Shown here one piece after another: positions 20,533 through 24,206 of a DNA stretch of 24,206 nucleotides. A program made the translations under genes and the position numbers. The notes beneath the pieces were generated by a model that saw only the letters and a list, made by a program, of their open reading frames with translations, ran no database searches and had not been told where the DNA came from. Location: the NCBI GenBank assembly GCA_017302875.1, contig JAFLCA010000037.1:1-24206 (forward strand), read 5' to 3'. Origin of the DNA: Deltaproteobacteria bacterium (GTDB lineage Bacteria > Bdellovibrionota_C > UBA2361 > JAFLCA01). The stretch's first letter is position 1; each line of letters starts with the position of its first letter.

Positions 20533-21105
20533 CGTATGCCTTAAATCTGACGACCCAGCGTTTATACACTGCCAGGTGCCGCAGGTGCTATCCCGGTTTG
20601 CGGCGTATCTTTATAGATTGCGAGATCGTCCGGAGGAGTTCGCTTCCTTCTTGCGAATCTCAAATGAATGGAGACTACGTTACTTGCGAAGGTGTTTCTG
20701 GGACATCGAGTCGCCTGTCCCAGCGGTATCAAATCTCGTCTCAAAATGCCCTCCTACCGTAAAATCGCCAATAAGCAGCTATAATTACAGAGGGTTACGT
20801 CGTTTTATTTCGCGCGGGACGAAAAGCATCCAAGCCTGGAAATTTAACTCAATTGTTTCAGGGTGTTACAAGGGCAAAAATCTGCCTGCCTCACTAAGGG
20901 CACTAAATTACTATTGATTTAAATCCTTGAGGCTATACTATACGTCTAATTATGAGAGACTCAGTAAGCACCTGTAATTTTTGTGTTTACTGCGGCCGCG
21001 CTTCGGTCGATTTATTTTGTACTGAGATAAGTACGCGAGCTTATTGTTGCTAGTTTCTGCTCGGTCTCAGTGGCGAACTTAGGAGAGTATTTCATTAAGG
21101 TGGAT

Positions 21106-21435
21106 ATGGGTAACGCCAGATATTGTCTTACAAAAGCCGATCTTGCTGATGCAATTTACGCAACATTGCCTGTTGATAAACAGAAAGCTGCGCAAATCGT
21201 CGAAGACTACATCGAGATCATTAAGGAATCTCTCGCTAAAGACGGAAAGGTAATGCTTTCGGGCTTCGGATCGTACGAAGTAAAGTACAAGCCGCCGAGA
21301 AGAGGCCGCAACCCTCAGACTGGTGACTCGATCATCCTTCGCGCAAGAAAGGTGGTTAAGTTCAAGCCGAGTCAGTTGCTCCGCCGAGCCATTAATGGCC
21401 AAGCCTACACAGGCGACGGAGACGGCGAAGAGTAG
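21106..21435 (+). CDS. ihfA: Integration host factor alpha-like DNA-bending protein (IHF/HU family)
   Basis: LTKADLADAIY...KVMLSGFGSYEVKYKPPRRGRNPQTGDSIILRARKVVKFKPSQLLRRAIN aligns well to IHF-alpha (ALTKAEM...[45 protein letters not shown]). ATG at 21106 is preceded by AAGGTGG. The GTG at 21070 in the ORF track would add an unconserved 12-aa leader. Confidence 0.85.
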   Translation: MGNARYCLTKADLADAIYATLPVDKQKAAQIVEDYIEIIKESLAKDGKVMLSGFGSYEVKYKPPRRGRNPQTGDSIILRARKVVKFKPSQLLRRAINGQAYTGDGDGEE

Positions 21436-21455
21436 AACCCACGGGGTGTCACTCA

Positions 21456-21489
21456 ATAAAAAGGGAGGTCTAAGACCTCCCTTTTTATT
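21456..21489. terminator. Bidirectional rho-independent terminator
   Basis: AAAAA-agggaggtc-taa-gacctccct-TTTTTATTT. The 9-bp stem is perfect, with an A-tract 5' and a T-tract 3'. It serves the ihfA-like gene (+) and the 21544..21888 gene (-). Confidence 0.8.
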
Positions 21490-21543
21490 TCCATAATTCC
21501 AAGTACCGGGCTCACCAGCTGGCTTGACCCAGATTCTCCCAAA

Positions 21544-21888
21544 TTATGGGGTGGTTCCCAAGGAATCTTCCTCCGGCTGAAATAGCAGCGGGGGATTACG
21601 AAGTTGCATACCGGACTGCTTGATTCGCAGCCAGATATCACGTGCAATCTCCTTATTCTCGTTATCGAGAAGGGTGTAAATGGCAGGGAGATTCAATGCA
21701 AAATTTATAGCGCTTACTGCGTATATCGCAGCTGCTGATTGATCGGTCATACGATCCCGCACACCGAGCAGAAAGGTCTTAAGCTCTTCTTTCGTAGAAA
21801 TCGTCCCAAAGGCGTCGACTTCTGTGCCAGCACCCTTTGCAGGCGCTTTCTTCGATTCTTTCTTAGTTTTTGTGTTTTCCTGTGCCAT
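21544..21888 (-). CDS. Hypothetical small protein with Lys-rich N-terminus (114 aa)
   Basis: ATG at 21888 is preceded by AAAGG at spacing ~5. The N-terminus MAQENTKTKKESKKAPAKGAG is basic and low-complexity, like a histone H1 tail, and is followed by a probable helical domain. It is the last gene of the minus-strand M16/OmpA-like operon and ends at the bidirectional terminator. Confidence 0.5.
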   Translation of the reverse strand: MAQENTKTKKESKKAPAKGAGTEVDAFGTISTKEELKTFLLGVRDRMTDQSAAAIYAVSAINFALNLPAIYTLLDNENKEIARDIWLRIKQSGMQLRNPPLLFQPEEDSLGTTP

Positions 21889-21925
21889 AGTACCTTTTCG
21901 ATGAGCAAAATCGGCGATTCGATTC

Positions 21926-22615
21926 TTAGCGATCGAGCGCTATAATCTCCACGGCCTGATCATAACGCAATGGATCATCATCCGGATCGATTAAAATAGG
22001 GGCGTCCACAACGACTCCGCGCGCAACCAGGCGACGAGGCTCTAACCCATCGTGGACGAGCTCATTCACTATCGCTCGCGAACGACGATCGGCGAGCTCC
22101 TGCGCATAGGAGGCATCGGAGCCCACTCCTTTCGCGTAAGAAGCTATCACCAACCGCGACCACGGCAAGCGCTGTTTATTCATCTGGGCCAATTCGCGAA
22201 CGAGTGGTTTAGCACTACTACGGAGCTTCGACTCATCGCCGTAGAAAAACAAATCTGCCGGGTAAATTTCCCGAGTAGGGTGGAGTTCCAAGCGACGCTT
22301 GTACTGGTCGGCCATGATCTCATGAGCCCAGGCCACCTCGCGCTGCTCTCGAGTCTGCGCAGCCACTTTTAGCATCTGCTCTTCAGTACTATCTTTTATC
22401 GCCCCGGAGATACCTCCAGCGATGGCTCCGAACCCTGCTCCGATAGCGGCACCAGGCCCAGTACCAGCTCCAACTTGAAATCCGGTCACCGCTCCCGTCC
22501 CAGCACCCAGGGCAGCACCTTCCAACCCGCCGCCAAATTGCTTATCGGGTCCGGGAACCGGCGGTGCACATGCGGTCAATGCAAGAAGAACGATGAAGCA
22601 CGAGCGCAATCGCAT
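21926..22615 (-). CDS. OmpA-like-domain lipoprotein with N-terminal glycine-zipper region
   Basis: Lipobox LTAC within MRLRSCFIVLLALTACAPP, then a Gly-rich zipper (GAALGAGTGAVTGFQVGAGTGPGAAIGAGFGAIAGG). The C-terminus has a degenerate OmpA/Pal-type peptidoglycan-binding domain (FFYGDESKLRSSAKPLVRELA...ASYAKGVGSDASYAQELADRRSRAIVNELV...LVARGV). Its ATG overlaps the upstream gene's stop (TAATG). Confidence 0.7.
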   Translation of the reverse strand: MRLRSCFIVLLALTACAPPVPGPDKQFGGGLEGAALGAGTGAVTGFQVGAGTGPGAAIGAGFGAIAGGISGAIKDSTEEQMLKVAAQTREQREVAWAHEIMADQYKRRLELHPTREIYPADLFFYGDESKLRSSAKPLVRELAQMNKQRLPWSRLVIASYAKGVGSDASYAQELADRRSRAIVNELVHDGLEPRRLVARGVVVDAPILIDPDDDPLRYDQAVEIIALDR

Positions 22616-24024
22616 TACATTTCCAACTTTTGATCGAAGCGCACTTTGGTTATCTCCATACCCGGCAACACGTCGGGATGAGCTTTCAAAGCAGCTTGGA
22701 TTGAATTATAGGCGGTTTCGTTGCCCACAACAACAACAACAAAATCCGATGGGTGCCAGTACCTGCGAGCAGCTGCCTGGACATCCTTAGGGCTTACCGC
22801 AGATATTTTTGCAACATAGGTCGCATCGTAGTTGAGCGGATACTGCAAAAGTTTCAGCAAAGCCGCGCGCTGCACTAGATCCTCAGATGTGTCAAAGCGG
22901 AAAATAAAGGAATTGGTGATCGAGCGACGAGCTTCCGCTAGTTCCGCGTCAGAGGCGAAGGCCTGCTGCAAACCGCGCACCGCTAGAATCGCTTCAATCA
23001 TTGCCTGCCCGCTCGATTCAGCTTTCGTCTGCAGGTTGATGACAGCCTTTCCCTTTTCAACTCCCGGAGCCACTGCGCCGTACACTCCGTATGCCAACCC
23101 AAGCTCAGTTCTAACTCTCTTGGTCAGGCGCGACGAGAACCCGGCAGCACCAAAAACCTCATTGAACATATCGATCGCTGCGTAGTCTGGTGAAAGACGC
23201 TTGGGGCCGAGCTCTCCCATCAGGATAGTGGCCTGCGCGAATGGATAGCTCAGAAAGTAAATGCCCGGCTTCGGAGCAAGTGTCACGGTCGGTGGCGGCG
23301 GCAATTCCAAAGCATTCGTTCTCCACGCGCCAAAATACTTGTCAGCCAGGGCTTGCACGGTAGCACGATCCAAATTTCCGGTTATAACGAGAATGGCATC
23401 CCGCGGATTCACAAATTCAAAGTGCAGTTTTTGCAAATCGGAACGTGAGATAGCTTGCACGTCCTTTGCAACCGGCACCCTGCCGTACACAGAGTCGGGG
23501 TACAACAACTGACTAAATGAAATTCCGGCAATCGTTCCTGGCTCATCAGTGCGGCGGCGTATAGACTCTAAGGCCTGGCCCTTCCAAAGATCCAAGCGCT
23601 CAGATTCGAAGCGCGGATGCAGCACCACATCGGCAAACAATCTGAAAACGGTATCGACATCGGATCTGAGACAGGAGAATCCGAACTTTCCGTACTCCGG
23701 GCCAAATGAGCTGCCCACCGAAGCTGCCAAGCGTTCCAGCTCGCGATCCAGGGCGTCAGCACTTAATTTTCCAGCGCCACCTTGGCGCATTTGATCGCCC
23801 ATTACTGCGGCGAGGCCAGGCCGGTTCTCCGGCTCCCAGAGCCCACCACCTTTTACGAAAAGAGCTCCCTGCACCAAAGGAAGTTCTGAGTCCTGGAGGA
23901 AAATAATGGTCAACCCATTCGGCAATTCCCAGGAAGCAGGCAGTGGTGGTTCATACTGCACACCGTCGAGTCCCATTGAAAGCTGCGCAGGTGCCGAACC
24001 CTTTGGTGCGCAAGAACAAAGCAT
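22615..24024 (-). CDS. M16 (pitrilysin/insulinase) family protein lacking the HxxEH zinc motif (likely non-catalytic)
   Basis: The two-lobed M16 pattern is visible (LPNGLTIIFLQDSELPLVQGALFVKGGGLWEPENRPGLAAVMGDQM...), with a C-terminal M16_C-like half. No HxxEH is present; AAVMGDQM sits where it would be. The 5' end is unresolved. 24024 is the first in-frame ATG downstream of the HypB-like overlap. A signal-peptide-like segment (SIGLLVAFLLLMLCSCAPKG, about 24013-24051) lies just upstream in frame with no canonical start codon. The ORF remains open to the window edge. Confidence 0.75.
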   Translation of the reverse strand: MLCSCAPKGSAPAQLSMGLDGVQYEPPLPASWELPNGLTIIFLQDSELPLVQGALFVKGGGLWEPENRPGLAAVMGDQMRQGGAGKLSADALDRELERLAASVGSSFGPEYGKFGFSCLRSDVDTVFRLFADVVLHPRFESERLDLWKGQALESIRRRTDEPGTIAGISFSQLLYPDSVYGRVPVAKDVQAISRSDLQKLHFEFVNPRDAILVITGNLDRATVQALADKYFGAWRTNALELPPPPTVTLAPKPGIYFLSYPFAQATILMGELGPKRLSPDYAAIDMFNEVFGAAGFSSRLTKRVRTELGLAYGVYGAVAPGVEKGKAVINLQTKAESSGQAMIEAILAVRGLQQAFASDAELAEARRSITNSFIFRFDTSEDLVQRAALLKLLQYPLNYDATYVAKISAVSPKDVQAAARRYWHPSDFVVVVVGNETAYNSIQAALKAHPDVLPGMEITKVRFDQKLEM

Positions 24025-24066
24025 CAAGAGCAAGAAAGCGACAAGCAGCCCGATACTGAAAGGAGA

Positions 24067-24206
24067 ATGAGTAGTTCGTCTGTGCTGGTGGGCGATCTGG
24101 AAACCGAACGCGATGCCATCCGCATCCGCGAAGCGGGCATTCCTTCCACACAAATCGTCACCAACGGCGTATGCCACCTCGAAGCCCAAATGGTACTGCA
24201 GGCCTT
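24067..24206 (+). CDS. HypB-like (G3E GTPase, hydrogenase nickel-insertion) reading frame, 3'-truncated by the window edge and lacking Walker A
   Basis: ATG at 24067 lies directly after GAAAGGAGA. The translation MSSSSVLVGDLETERDAIRIREAGIPSTQIVTNGVCHLEAQMVLQA closely parallels the E. coli HypB segment [41 protein letters not shown], including the metal-binding Cys-His. An in-frame stop at 23977-23979 closes frame 1 upstream, and no GSGKT-encoding sequence occurs in any frame upstream. This is either a gene remnant or a mis-phased start. Confidence 0.4.
   Translation, partial: MSSSSVLVGDLETERDAIRIREAGIPSTQIVTNGVCHLEAQMVLQA

Noticed and set aside
20201-20917. 238-aa and 164-aa + strand ORFs spanning the HDOD gene start and the divergent intergenic region
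   Set aside because: They are largely antisense to the HDOD CDS, then run through AT-rich non-coding DNA. They have no SD and no recognisable domain, and their composition is S/R/P-rich.
22615-24024. Calling the M16 protein an active zinc metalloprotease
   Set aside because: No HxxEH (inverted zincin) motif is present in the N-terminal domain. AAVMGDQM occupies the equivalent position, so it is described as likely non-catalytic.

Overview
The window is 24.2 kb of roughly 55% GC bacterial chromosome. It is densely coding, but genes sit mostly as single units or in short 2-3 gene operons, often convergent or divergent. That layout, together with a solitary flgE and a membrane H+-pyrophosphatase, fits Planctomycetota or Acidobacteriota, though this is an inference from gene content and layout only.

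Genes I can support, in order:
- 3' end of an APC amino-acid permease.
- DedA-family membrane protein.
- Type-I phosphoribosyltransferase with a long low-complexity N-terminal extension.
- H+-translocating pyrophosphatase (hppA) with its own terminator.
- A lipoprotein.
- A second APC permease carrying a C-terminal Usp-like domain.
- An isolated flagellar hook gene flgE.
- A yqiJ/yqiK-like operon: NfeD-like protein with a His-rich tract, then a flotillin-like SPFH protein with long coiled-coil repeats.
- UPF0104 membrane protein (LPG-synthase-TM, flippase-like), diverging from a thioredoxin-like [2Fe-2S] ferredoxin that is translationally coupled to a Cys-containing secreted protein.
- A 1091-aa SWIM-zinc-finger SNF2 helicase. 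Upstream of it sits a near-consensus sigma70 promoter and a small ORF.
- HDOD-domain protein.
- IHF-alpha-like DNA-bending protein, ending in a textbook bidirectional terminator.
- A minus-strand operon: M16-family protein (no HxxEH), OmpA-like glycine-zipper lipoprotein, and a small Lys-rich protein.

No tRNA, rRNA, CRISPR array or obvious mobile element was seen.

Points worth a second look:
- A HypB-like reading frame (nickel-insertion GTPase) begins at 24067 on the + strand with no Walker A upstream. It lies antisense to the putative signal peptide of the M16-family gene.
- Two unusually long non-coding stretches, 12733-13586 and 20533-21105.
- The orphan flgE.
- The SWIM-SNF2 locus.
- The ferredoxin/secreted-protein translational coupling.
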